Origin: Euprymna scolopes
Lineage: Eukaryota
Length of the DNA stretch: 64,000 bases
Direction: 5' to 3' (one strand)
Assembly (NCBI GenBank): GCA_053919585.1
Contig: CM132807.1
The notes under the pieces are model-generated. The model did no database searches, was not told where the DNA came from, and saw only the letters and a program-made list of their open reading frames with translations. Of the stretch, positions 1-13,275 are shown in pieces. The first letter of the stretch is position 1, and every line of letters begins with the position of its first letter. The translations under genes and the position numbers were made by a program.

Positions 1-145
1 ATCTGTCTAGAGTAAGAAATTTTTTATTTTTGTTCTGATCCAAAGTGCCTCTTTTGTAGGGAGCTGAATTTTCTCCACATTAAAAACTGATCTTGTCTCT
101 AACTTTGCCCTTGTGGGGAGGCGAGTAAATAGAAACTAATTCATT

Positions 146-775
146 ATGGTTGGATCATTCTACTGCTCCAGTAGATATCTCACTGCCGATGCAATCTTCT
201 ACCTTTATAAGAGTAAAGCATGTCCTAGGATGGAGTATTGTTGTCATATCTGGGTAGGAGCTGCCCAGAGCATCCTATCCTTCCTTAACAGAGTTCAAAA
301 CCGACTTCGTAATCTAGTAGGTGATGCCTTTTTCTCTCCTCTGCAACCTCAAAGAGACATTACGAGCTTATCCCTGTTTTATTGTTATTTTCATGCCAAG
401 AGTTCGACTGAGCTCCAATCTATGACCCCCCATCCTGCCAGTCTTTCACAAAAAGCACTCGTCTAGCTAAAACCACTATAAAAAATCCCCCCACCCACAC
501 ACACTCTATCAGTGCCTAAATCTAAATGTGCATTCCATGAACAAAGCTTCATTCGTAGAACTGCCCGCCTGTAGAACTCTGTTCCACCGGTCTGCTTTCC
601 AGCTTACTACAATGTGGTTTTCTTCAAGTCCAACGTAAACAAGCTCTTATTGAACCGTTCTCTAATTATACCAAATTTCTCTTACTAATGATCCCTATGC
701 TATTCTCCAAATGATTACCATTAGCCTCGAGTAGCCTCTGGGCCTTGATATGCAGTGATCACTTTGTAAAAAATT
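146..775 (+). mobile_element. 5'-truncated CR1/L2-group (jockey-type RT) LINE, end of ORF2 plus 3' tail
   Basis: LYK..CPRMEYCCHIWVGA...LSLFY motif with frameshifts; tail cctcgagtagcc...ggccttgatatg followed by an A-rich end. Confidence 0.9.
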
Positions 776-1299
776 AAAAAAAAGGCCATTAAGAAAAAGA
801 TTGCATATGACAAAGGAAAGAATGAGAACACAAATCTACCAACCTTTGTGAATCGATATGGATTCTGGGTGAGTTTCTCCAGGCACCCCGTACACCTGTC
901 TCTGCACCGTGTTCTTGTGGGCTGCCGATCTGGTCGGCTGCTCCCATGCGATGACGCCATAGAGTAGTCTTCTGACTGGGACGATCGATCCGTTGACTTA
1001 ACGCTTACGGAGGGTTCTTGCTCGATGGTGGACCTTGCGGCCTTCGACCTCGCAATGTCTGACTGGCCGCCAGCCTCGCAGTCTGTGTTGGAGCTGGCTG
1101 TGCTGAACCCCGGCTCTCCGAAACCACGGTTGGATGAAGCATGTCCGTAGTCAGGCGTGTGATGTGTGTTATGGTCGGGCTCTGTTGACTGGTCTTTGGC
1201 TTCCTTCGTTTCCGTTTGACTTTGGATGGCATAGCTGGAGTGTGTCTGTAAAATATTTCGAACGTTGATACTACCCTCGTCTCTTGGGGTCTGCATCAT
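721..1299 (-). CDS. Orphan 192-aa ORF: Ser/Thr-rich disordered body, Arg/Cys patch, C-terminal hydrophobic (TM-like) segment
   Basis: Long open frame, richer in GC than its flanks; preceded by an acceptor (ctaat...ttctcaacttcAG at 1334-1335). First ATG at 1299; could instead be the terminal exon of a larger gene. No homology recognised. Confidence 0.5.
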   Translation of the reverse strand: MMQTPRDEGSINVRNILQTHSSYAIQSQTETKEAKDQSTEPDHNTHHTPDYGHASSNRGFGEPGFSTASSNTDCEAGGQSDIARSKAARSTIEQEPSVSVKSTDRSSQSEDYSMASSHGSSRPDRQPTRTRCRDRCTGCLEKLTQNPYRFTKVGRFVFSFFPLSYAIFFLMAFFLIFYKVITAYQGPEATRG

Positions 1300-2206
1300 T
1301 TGCTCACAAATTCTCTGGAGTTTATTTTTCACACTGAAGTTGAGAATGTTCTTAGCAAATTAGATATATATATATATATGTATATATTTAAAATTTGGTT
1401 ACATAAGAAAAAGATCAAGCTTGAAGACGCTGCTTCTTTAATGGAGTTGCAGCAGAAACATGTATCCACATATGTAGCCAATAATGTTTGCATAAATAAA
1501 TATACATTTATATTTGTATATAAAGAGCAAAAGAGCTGTTTCCTAAGAGTCACACAGATATTGGTTTTGTTTTTTTTTCTTAGGGTATTTTTTTTTTTTT
1601 TTTTAGGTCCGTCATGAGACTTTCACATACTGCTTGATGACCAACGAGAGAGTTTCGGGCCAAAAGAAAAGTTCCACGAGACTTTGGTCGTTTTGTTTGG
1701 GTGGTGGTCAGGAAGGGGATAACAAGTTTATTTTGGCAAAAGGCAAGTTGATGTCTCTAAATGATCTGATTGGTAGGTTAGAATTTTGGTTCTTGGCCAA
1801 TCAAATGAAAAGGAAAAAAGAAAGATCAGAAGAAGAAAAAAAAAATCTTTATTTGTGTTGAGATAAATGTCCATGTCAGATGAGTGAATTGTTGACCCCA
1901 CCCTAACCCCAACCCTTAAAGAAGAGACTCACTCTTTTTTAATTGGGTCGGGGTGGGGGATAGTAAAAAGAATGCCGGGTTGACAGTTGTGTTGACAACA
2001 CAGAATGAATAAGGTTAGTGTCATCATTGATCTACTATAGGAGAAATAGAGAGAGAGAGAGAGAGAGAGAGAAGGGGGGGCTGGAGAGATTTTTATATAC
2101 ATACAAACATAGACACCATTCTCAGGTATATTCGGTCTCTTTGTATAGAGGTTTGTCAGAGACCCTAACATAGGAATACTTTTCATTAGAAGTAAATCCT
2201 GACTAA

Positions 2207-2247
<41 letters not shown>

Positions 2248-3209
2248 GTGTGCTGTCACCTCAAGCCATTCAGCACATCCTCCGGATTGTGGGTTTCGCA
2301 CGGGGCACCCCTTCTTAACAATTACCTTTAAAATGACGACTTTTATATGTTTTCTGCTATGCTGTTCTGTTGGTTCTAGCGTTGTGAATTATGATATGAA
2401 AACAGAGACGATTCTCTTAATAGTCGCGTAAAGACTGCATTTTGTATTATTAAGGTTATTAACTTTGTTACATTAAAAAAAATCGTTGCAGCTTTTTTCT
2501 TTTAATGTTTTGATTTAATAAAATGTATCGTATAAGTACTTGATGAAAAAGGTCTTGGCCACCTACCTCCATTACAAAGCAAAAAAAAAAAAACAAAACA
2601 AAAGGCTTAAAAGCCCGGCCATTGCCTGTTGTTCAAAAGAAGGTGCTCTTGTTTTGCCACTTCTACACAAAGTTTGAAAAGTGGAGGAAAAGATCACACA
2701 AAATTCTGGCCAAGAAAAAAGAAAAAGAAAGGAAAAGAAAAGAAAGAAAGATAAAGAAAAAAGAGATATAATGTGTATATTTGTATTATATCAGGGGCGC
2801 TGTTTTACAATTTGCGATTGCTCTAAGGGAGACAATTCTCTTTTACTAAGAGATTCATTAATTTTTTTCATCTCATAATTTAGGACGCTCGATTCAACAA
2901 TATTTTTTATCAAATCAAAACATTAAAAAAAAAGAAAAAAGAAAGTTGCGACGAATTTTTTTAACATAACAAAGTTGATAACATTAATAATACAAAATGT
3001 AATCTTTACGCGACTTTTAAGAAAATCGTTTCTGTTTTCATATCAGAATTTATGATGCTAAAACCAACAGAACAATGACAAATTGTAAAACCGTGCCGAA
3101 TAGATTGGGTGCTTATGCGGAGAAGGTAGTGTGCGTTTTTTTATATATAGGATTTTCAAGTTAAATTAAATTTTTATATTATCTTTTGTCTATTAAATGG
3201 TTAAATGTG

Positions 3210-3420
3210 TGCAGTCACTCACGCACGCTCGTCCGCAAATAAACAAACCTTTATTCATTTCAATTTCCCCGCGCATTTTGCACAAAAATAAGTTCTTCCA
3301 GCAACGGCACAATTTCAAATACGCCCACGCACTTTTCTCACAACAACAAAAGTAAAACGAACATATTTCTGGCGGAAATAGTTGGCGACAGTATCACGTG
3401 ACACAAGCGACCAATGAGAA
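3210..3420. promoter_or_regulatory. CpG-retaining promoter-like motif cluster
   Basis: E-box TCACGTGA (3394-3401), CCAAT (3411-3415), E2F-like GGCGGAAA and TTTCCCCGCGC; may drive the minus-strand orphan gene. Confidence 0.35.
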
Positions 3421-3923
3421 AATTCAGAAGATTGTGTTTTTAACGCTTTTCCAAAAAACAAAATATCAGCAGTAGCAATCTTGTTTTTGGAGCTGAAAAT
3501 GTATAAAAACGCATCAAACAGTCTTCTAGAAAAAATTCAATTAATTCAAGGAATTCATTTCGTTCATTCGGTCACTTTAGTCTTCTTCATTTCTTCTCGC
3601 TTTGACGACACACGAGAATATGCCTCTCATCCTCATAACATCGTCGCTGCCGAAGTCGTCAACACCATGATTACACACGCCACAACATGACACTGTGACA
3701 TGTACAAAGATGCCATATTCCAAAAATCATGTAAATTGATCAAATAAATTTTTTTTTACTCAGAAAATCAATTTTTATGACTAAGCAAGGCAGTGATTTA
3801 ATTGGCCATGATGAATAAATAAGTGAGAGATAATTCAATTTGAACTATTGAGATCCAAACCAGCTTTAATGGATACATTTAATATTAAAATCGTTAAAAA
3901 TTGTGAATTTTTATTTCCTTAGT

Positions 3924-3954
<31 letters not shown>

Positions 3955-4659
3955 GCAATTTACTTAATTTTTAAAACATAACATCTTTATTCTAAAGATT
4001 TTTCTGTATTTTTGTTTTGTTTTTAAATAAAAGTAATTCTAAATAAGTACCGATTTTAGTTTAAAATATTTATCATTTTATTATTAGTGAAATGGAAAAT
4101 TAAACAACAACAAAAAAAAAATAATAAATAAATCGTTTTTGGAATCGGAAATAAGAATTTGTATTTGTGACCCATGGGGAGAAATATGACACAATGGTAA
4201 GAAAATAGGGTTTAAAAGTCAGCCCCCCCCTCCGCACCTAAAAAAGGGGCATTCGAACCTGCAAAATGTTCCTGAGCAGCTCCATCGGTATTCCCAGGTA
4301 AGATTGCCTCAGGTGATTAGCGATAAACTGATCTCTTCTGATAGAAGGGAAATTCCGGGAGGTTGGACCTCCTAAAACTGCACAGGACTGCATTATTCCG
4401 CAAGCAGCAGGGAAGAGGTCAATTACAACAATTGTCTAGACTGGTGTTTCAACCTTTTATGATTTGTGGACTCCTTATCGAGTATCTCAACACTCTTGAC
4501 CCACTTGCACTTCAACAAGAAAAAAATACAGATTGGGTTTTATGCTGTTTATTTAATTACTCTGATATGAATTAAAGTGAAAATGTTGCTGAAAATATTG
4601 TGTGACGAGACCTCTTATGTCCGACTCTGTCTTGAAATAAATTAGACAATTTACATGTA

Positions 4660-4742
4660 AAACGTCTTTCCGGATATGAAAATTTCAGGATACGAAAGCC
4701 AAGCCGGAACCAATTAATTTCGTATCTAGAGGTTCCACTGTA
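4660..4742. mobile_element. Tc1/mariner (pogo/Tigger-like) terminus
   Basis: ...GAGGTTCCACTG|TA, the reverse of a CAGTGGAACCTC TIR with TA target. Confidence 0.6.
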
Positions 4743-5009
4743 AATAAAAATAAATGATTTATTTTTTTATTTTTTTTATTTTTTTACATGGATAGAGTTT
4801 TGTCACCTTAAATTTAAAGTTTCTGTATTTTGAATTACATTTTTCCAGCATCCTCTTATGAAAGCCTGTGGCTCCCTTACGGAGCCATGGGCTCCCAGTT
4901 GAGAAACACTAGTCTAGACTGTTGATTTTGGTGCCGAAGTCAGGATTAAATATTTTCGATTGAGTGTCAGAAATTCGATGGTGAAGTGAAGATAACTCTG
5001 TTATCTTCA

Positions 5010-5252
5010 CGTCACATGACGAAGATATATTCCAAAAATCATATAAATTTATCGAGTAGGTTTTTTTTTTCAACTCAGAAAAGAAAAATTCACGATTTTG
5101 ATACTAAATGAATCCATTGGTAGTCCGAATTGAGTTGTCTCACCCTTATTTACATCACAGCCGATCAAATCAATACGTCCCATTTCGTCATAAAGTTTAC
5201 TTGATCAATTTATATGATTTTTGGAATATGACATTTTCGTTCCGTGACGAGT
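5010..5252. repeat. Palindromic MITE-like family (also ~3700-4020, 14330-14650, 24315-24580, 24945-25215, 38670-38765, 45105-45200)
   Basis: Inverted arms ttccaaaaatcatataaatt / aatttatatgatttttggaa. Confidence 0.7.
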
Positions 5253-6242
5253 ACGTACATCAAAGATTTTTTTTTTTTAATAAGTGTAATTCTAAAGAAG
5301 CACCTACTTTACTTCTAACCAAGTTTGGCCTGTTTGTTAATTGGGATATAAGTAAAAAGCCGGTAGCATGTGTGCGTGTGTGTGTAAAAAATTAAAGTTT
5401 ACTTGGCTTGAATCAAGGGAGGTAACTCGATTCGTATTTTCATACTTGCTAGTTGCTGTCTGTTTATAAGCAATGTTTAGGTACGTGCAAAATAGTTGTA
5501 GGCTTGAACAGACTATGGTTTTTAAAAGAACCTACTGTTGATTTTATATGTTGTGCCTTTCAGCTTCTGTGGTAATAAAACATCACATGCACTTGTGATG
5601 TTAAGCTGTGTAAGGTGTTTCTATTTACCTGCCCCCCACGAGGGCAGAGTTAGACACCAAGGTCTGTTTTTGATGTGAGGAGGGGGGGGGGAGACAAAAA
5701 TAAAAATTGTCTCAGTTGTGAAGGATTTCTCCTCCATTAACAGAAAAAAAAACTGAAGTGTAGCATCAGGACTTTGATCTTGGTGTTAACTTTGGTCCGA
5801 ATCGCCTGTTCTTTCTTTCATCGGATTATTTCAATTATTGATACTTATCGAAGACATTCTGACACAAATCGTGAGAACACTGTCAGGCACATAAAGTACC
5901 TTTGTGTGAAATATAAAAATCGACCCAGCCATTTTGGAGTTCATAGGGAACGAATTCACACATGCACACACAAAGTTCTTTTTATATAATATTAAACATG
6001 TTTTTCTTTTAAATTTTTTATCGAGTCAGTGGAGTCACTATTTAATAAGGTTGTTTAAAAATAGATAAAAATAAAATAAATTGGGCAATGATGCATATTC
6101 GTTTATTTGAACCATTGCTCTGTGACACTTCATAGGAAGTAAACGGTAGAAACTGATTTCATGAAAAACGTTCCACAAGTCATTGCTTGTTTCAGTATAA
6201 TAAATAAGACTATCCGTTTATTTACTTTATGAATGTATCATT

Positions 6243-6661
6243 TAGTGATGGGACGATTCCAATATTTATCCTGATTCCGATACAATTACCGATTCCGTAC
6301 TAAATTCCCAATTCTGATTCTTTATTAATCTCTAAATATTTAACTATAAAAGTGTTATTTTGGCCCGATTACCATAAAAAAAGAACAAAAAAAAAAAAAA
6401 GAAAAAGAAAAATAATCTTAAATGTGCATATATTTCTCAACCATAAAAACGCACTTAACTTGAAGTTTAAAATCAATAAATATTTATTATTAATACAAGC
6501 AGTGTAAGAGGTTTCTTAAATTAAAATCAAATAGAAAGGATAATTTAAGGAATCGGTTTTGGCATTGGAAAATAAGCTCAAATTTTTCTCATTTTGATAC
6601 CGATTCCCCCCCCCAAAAAAAGCTCTGATTTTTCCGATTCCGATCAATCGTCCCAACACTA
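6243..6661. mobile_element. Complete non-autonomous hAT MITE
   Basis: TIRs TAGTGATGGGACGATT / AATCGTCCCAACACTA; perfect 8-bp TSD GTATCATT (6235-6242, 6662-6669). Confidence 0.9.
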
Positions 6662-7799
6662 GTATCATTTACGTTTTTTTTTTCCAATACGCTCAATTAT
6701 GTTCCTTTACTCAAATTTTTGGAACTGTTATCAATTTACTTATTTCTGTGAAAATGTGTTGTGTAGTCGGGGGGGGGGGTCATATCGGAGAATATATCAA
6801 GGCCGAGACATTTATGTGACATTGTTACACAAAACAAGACGTCGTTTGTATAACTGCATAAACGGTGACAATGATGATGACAATTTTGATTTCTATATTA
6901 TTATTATTAATTTGGGACAGAGATATGATGCAACAGTTCTTTTTGCATCAGGGGAGATACATTATTGATGACAACAGAGGGGACACACACATAATACTTG
7001 GAAGGAGCTATACAAAGTTCATTTACAGATGATGACAGACAAAAATACATTTACCTTCCAATTGTAATGACGACGACGAAGACAAAGTTTACAAATATAT
7101 GATGATTCTTTGTTCAGCTGATTGAATGATGAATCAGGAATTCAAGCTTTTACAATTACATGGTCTCATCTTCCCTCCTCTCTCCGTCTCCAATGGATGT
7201 CAGCTCCCAGTCTGACCGACTCAACTCTCTCTGAGTCTCTTCTCTGGCTCTGCCTGTGACCGTCTCCCTAACTTCAAATCCTATCTCAATATATTGGGAA
7301 TTTCCTTTCTTTATGTCAAAGTGTGCTTCGCCATGTGAAATTCATTCACATAGATTTTACTTATGTATGTCTAAATATGCTTTTGGCAAACAAAAAAATT
7401 CCTACATTGAATTGTTCAATATCTAACCTATTTATTAATCATTATTTCCAACTTGTATTGTCCATTCTTTTAACTGACATAATTAATATATCCAGTTATT
7501 TCTAAAACAATGAACAATCGCTTCATTCTTAAATTGAATATTTCTATTATCTTTTAACTCCTGCTTACTGGGTTCGATTCTATCCTTTTCCAAATATCAT
7601 TTTTAAACTTATTTATTTAATTACTGGGGTCTGTCTCTTTTTACATAACAAATGTGTTTGTAAATAAATAAATATACTAAAAATAAATACCTAAATGAAA
7701 ATATTCATTACAAAAATAAAATTAAATGTGATACATTCATAAAAGTAACTAAACATTAAAAAAAAAAAAAATTACTTTCACCATGACTAATGTTTGTGC

Positions 7800-7839
<40 letters not shown>

Positions 7840-8154
7840 AAGGTGTGGTTGTTAAGAGCAGTACAAACAAATGAGCAGATGGACGATTTGAGAGCAATTT
7901 TACTCTTATAATGCTCCCTTGGAGGCCCCAACCAGTGTTATCCCGGAAAATCTGTTCTGGCAAAAATTTACTTTCACCATGACTAATGTTTGTGCAAAAT
8001 TCTTTTAAAAATTCAAGGCGTGGTTATTGAGAAAACTGCAAACAAACGAACGGAGAAACGGGAGTGGATTACTAGGTTTAATCCCTCCTTGGTTGGAGGA
8101 CCAATTATATGTGATACATTTATAAAAGTAAATAAACATTATTAAAAAAAGTTT

Positions 8155-8700
8155 TTTTTTGTACACAGGAATCACCACATATCAAGGCCCGAAGGCCACT
8201 CGAGGATAAGGGTTAATGGGTATACATTGGTCAGTGTGATTTAGGGACTTCCACAGGTGTGCAGTTCTAAGAAAGAAGCTTTGTTCATGAAATCTACATT
8301 TAGGTTTAGGCACAGATAAAGAGTGTATTAAATTATTGTTAGTGGTTTTGGCTAAATGAGTGTTTTTCATGAACATTTGGTGAGGCAGGACCATAGATTG
8401 AAGCTCAGATGAGCACTTGCCATGAAAATAACGATAAAGCTGAGACAGACTGCAACGTCTCTTCTGTGGGAAAGATGTTTCAGGGAAGAGAAAAGAGCAT
8501 CCCCCTACTAAGCTACGAAGTCTATTTGAACTCTGTTGAGGTAGGATAAGCTGCTTCTAGCAGCTCCTGCCCAGATGTGGCAAGAGTACGCCATCGTTGG
8601 CCGTATCTGGCTTTTATATAGGTAGAGAATGGTATCAAGAGTGAGATATCTACTGGAGCGGTAGAAGGATCCCACCATTTTTCCAGTGACCTTGGCAAAC
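8155..8700 (-). mobile_element. CR1/L2-group LINE fragment, same family as 146-775
   Basis: Reverse complement aligns to 146-775 (FHEQSFFLRTAHLW) and has the same 3' tail. Confidence 0.88.
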
Positions 8701-10119
8701 GAATATTCTTAATTATTATATTTTAACTTTATACTGAAATCAAATAAACAATAACCCGTAAAACTTCTTTCAGTAGATGTGAAATTGGCTGCCATTATCA
8801 TCTGCTTCCTATACAGTATCACAAGCAATCGTTTGAATGAATGAACATGCAAGATTGTCAAAAATTGTTACAATTATTAAAAAAAAATATAAAATGTTCA
8901 TCATAGAGGAAAAATTAAATTAAAATTTATATTCTTTAGGCTAGTATTCTCATCCCGGGTGTTATCATCACGTTTCAATGAATGTGACCTCCAACTTTCC
9001 TCAAGAATATCTTGTTGAATTCAGAGAATCTGTATGGAGCCATTTTTAATCCATTATTTCTGTTGTTTGAAATTACATACTGTTAGGACGATACAAAAGT
9101 ATAATGCAAGGGGAGTAATTCTTTACTTCTTTAGGCAAAGTTGCCTCCCCTTGTCAGAGTCCTAAACTTTAAATTCTTGTGGCTTCTCGCAAGATCAACA
9201 ACCGGAAGTAGAGAGTGACTTTCAAAATACTTGGACTACTAATCTTTTCATGTATTGTATTTGAATTGTCGTTACGTGTGTGTGTCTTCATAATAAATGT
9301 ATATCGCCATGTAACAGCAAGTGATTTTCTTATTTGTTCATAATTATTCCATATTGCTCATGTGCTGCAAACATACCCACGTGAAGGCTGGACACCATGC
9401 GGTAAGATATTTTGTTATATTGATCTTAACGCATACCACGATATAACACATACAGATTCTCAAGTTTGGAAAGGCACGCATGAAGAGTTTTGTGATTATA
9501 AAAAAAAATCATATTTAATGTTTTTTACCATCTTTTATTTTTGAATCAACACTTATTGAGGCCATTAAAAATTATATTTAATGTGTTTCTGTTTTTAACA
9601 TTTTAAAATTATCAATGAGTTACCACTTACTAAAGCCATTAAAAATTATTTATGGAGTTAGAAATTATTCCTTTGTGAAACCTCACTTATGTTATAATTA
9701 TGCTATAATGTTTAATAAACAATATTGTAAATTTTTTTTTTAAATTTGATTCAAATATATAAAAATAAAATGTTCAATTAAAAAAAGGTTTAATTACAAA
9801 AAGTTTCATTAAAAAAGGTTTAATTAAAAAATAATTTCATAAAAAGTTTCATTAAAAAAAAAGAAGAGATTTCATTCAAAAAGATTTAATTAAAAAATAA
9901 TTCCATTAAAAAAGAAATTTCATTAAAAAAGTTTAATTAAGAAAGGTTTAATAGAAAAAATTTCATTAAAAGATGTTTCATTAAAAAAAAAAAATTTAAT
10001 AAAAATTGGGCAATGATGCATATTCATTCATTCAAGCCATTGTCCTATGAATCTTTACAGGAAGTAAACGATCAGAACTGAAGAGAATAGTAAGGAGAAC
10101 ATCCAAGATGAGAAAACTA

Positions 10120-10612
10120 AGGTCAAAGGTTACATCATCTGAAACATTGTGCGAGTGACAACTAAGGTGAGAATAGTAATCCAGATAATCCAAAATATAA
10201 ATCCTCATCTAAAAAAAAAAATTTTGAAGCATAAGAAATTATGATTTAGAAAATGATTTTCATTATTTGGATTCTTCGAACTACTGTTTTCATCTCGGAT
10301 ATCATTTTCACAACGTTTCGTTCGATGTAATCTCAGACGTTCTTCAGATGTAAATTGTTGAATTTGTTAAAGGTTTGATCTTCAGTGTGGACAACAAAGA
10401 TAGAATTGCAAATTACTTACTACTTTTGTTCGCCGTCATGACTGATGCAATGAGAGCATGCCCCCACCCATGCATTAAAAATACAAACGGTTCCATTTGA
10501 AATTTTGTGCAGATTCCCATGTTACACCTAAAGAAGGTCGGAGGTTACATCAACAGAAACGTTGTGAGAGTCACATTCCAGATTAGAACTTTAGTCTGAA
10601 TAATCCAAACTA
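10120..10612 (+). mobile_element. Family A cluster: plus tail, inverted tail, then plus-strand element
   Basis: Three copies of ggttacatc..gaaacgttgtg (about 10125 +, 10310-10350 -, 10525-10567 +). Confidence 0.75.
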
Positions 10613-11849
10613 GCTGGACTTGTGTAAATTTCACAGAATGAGAAATTATTTAATCAACAAATATGTTTTGATAAAGCTTATATTTTTCTGGATATCGCAA
10701 AAAAAAAAGAAGTCTTTTGGACAGAAAAACCAATAACATGCAGCAAATACGAGTTTATTAACATTTCTATGAAAGTAATGTCCATTGTATTTTTAATATA
10801 AAATTGACCTAAATGAGATAAATAATACTAATAAATACTCAGAAAGTAATATTGTGATACATAGTTCAATACAAATAATAAAATCACATTGTAAGAGACA
10901 GTCTTTAATTTACTTATTCAGTCCAGCAAAATGTTTTTTTTTTCCTTTTCGCTCTGTTTCTTTCGAATGTTCCCTTTTTTACATAACGTTTTGCTGATTT
11001 CTTTCTTTGGTGAAGAACTGATGCATGTCGAAATTACAAGTTCCTTTCTCACACTGTTACAACAATGATTATATTTTATTATACTGATATTCGAAAACGA
11101 GGCTACTTCAAAGGGAAGTCATTCTCATATTCTTATCAAGGGTTGGCAGATTGGCCTTTTTAAAGCTAGATTTGACCTTTATTGAAGCTAGATTGGTCTT
11201 TTTAAAGCTAGTTTGACTTTCAAAAATTGTACTTGGCCTTTTTCAGAGCGTATGGAAACTAAAGGAGAAACAAGCAGAATATTACATAGATATTATTTTG
11301 TTCTTAGTTGTTATTGCTTGTAGCAAAAGATCAAACCTTTCACCTCCAGAAAGCTGTCAGTTAGAAGTAATTGTTAACCAGTGCTATTATCTGTTATGCC
11401 ACGTATCCATGTCAATTATTTATCACATTTAGAGAAACCATCAGAAATTATATTTTCAAATTTTTATCTTATTTAATAACCAGAATGAACAAGTCATTGC
11501 AGAAAATTTTCAAAAGATATTCCTAGGTTGGCAGATTGGCCTTCATAAAGCCAAATTTGGTCTTTATTGAAGCAGTTTGACCTTCAAAAATTGTATTTGA
11601 CCTTTTTCGCATCGTATGGAGACTAAAGACGGAAAAAACAGAATATTATATAGATAAGACGAATTATCAATCATTACCTCAACACATCTGAAATATTTTA
11701 ATGAATTTGTAAAAAAAAAAAAAAGAATTTTTCAAAAACAAAAAAAAAAAAAGACAACAAATAAACAAGTAAAAAACATTTCATTACGGGTTTTATTAAA
11801 AACCAGTCTCTAACATATACAAATAAACATGCTAACTACATGCACTCCT

Positions 11850-11919
<70 letters not shown>

Positions 11920-11970
11920 ACTTGAAACATGTGTAAGCCTCATTTGTTGGTCGCCTCCTTTTTTTTTTTT

Positions 11971-12010
<40 letters not shown>

Positions 12011-12906
12011 TTTGTGGTAAAAAAGAAAATCTTTAACATCAGAAGTCCTAAAATGAATGCAAGCTCTGATTATTTTAAAAAGTAAAAAAAAAAAAAAAAA
12101 ATTTATGTCAAAGCAACCGTAATACTCTGCGTTAAATCTCGTGTTCCATTCGGTTTGGTATCTGTATTATATTTGTACATACGAATAGTACACAACAAAA
12201 TGGCTTACAAATGATCGAGCACCAACTTAACACCAGATTTTTTTTTTCTTTCAAAATTGATTTTCGTATATTTTTTCTTAAATTTGAAATTAAAAAAAAA
12301 AATCTGCTGAAGTAATTTATTTATTGTATTTTCTGTGTCTTTTGTACAATTTTTAAAATTTAATTTTTTTTTTAATTTTAATTTTTTTTTTTTTTTGTAA
12401 TATTTTTTAATATTATATCTTCAGTTAGAGGAAGAGGAGAGAGAAAAAAAGAGAAAACAAAAAGGGAGAGTGGTGGTGTGAGGAGAGACAATGGAGGAAA
12501 AAAATACCTCTCCCTTTGTACACACTGGGATCAATGCAGCAATTCTGATACTCAGTGGAAACATCACCCCCGTTGTTTCTCTTCTTTTAATTTTATTTGT
12601 TTTTATTTACAGAAAAAGAAAAAGAAAAAAATAATAAATGAACAAAAGTCCCTCCTCCCAGAATTTCAAATTTTTAGCTTGTCCACCTCCCAGAGCAATA
12701 TAATGGAAGAGGAGAATTTAATTAATTGAATTTATAATAAAGAAAAAAAAAAGAAATAAAATAAGAAAATAAAANNNNNNNNNNNNNNNNNNNNNNNNNN
12801 NNNNNNNNNNNNNNNNNNNNNNNNNNNNNNNNNNNNNNNNNNNNNNNNNNNNNNNNNNNNNNNNNNNNNNNNNNNNNNNNNNNNNNNNNNNNNNNNNNNN
12901 NNNNNN

Positions 12907-13275
12907 GGAAAAAAGAAAAAAAATGGAAAAAAGAAAAAAGAAAAAATGGAAAAAAGAAAATGGAAAACGGGGAAAAAAATGAAAAAAAAGAAAAAAAATG
13001 GAAAAAAAGAAAAAAAATGGAAAAAAAGAAAAAAAATGGAAAAAAAGAAAAAAAATGGAAAAAAAGAAAAATGGAAAAATGGAAAAAAAGAAAAAAAATG
13101 GAAAAAAATGGAAAAAAAGAAAAAACGGAAAAAAAGAAAAAACGGAAAAAAGAAAAAACGGAAAAAAAGAAAGAAAAAAAACGGAAAAAAGAAAGAAAAA
13201 ACGGAAAAAAGAAAGAAAAAACGGAAAAAAGAAAGAAAAAACGGAAAAAAGAAAGAATGAAAAGATGGAAAAAGA
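12907..13275. repeat. Purine-rich low-complexity satellite (GGAAAAAAAGAAAAAAAAT/AC units) next to a gap
   Basis: Direct reading. Confidence 0.95.
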
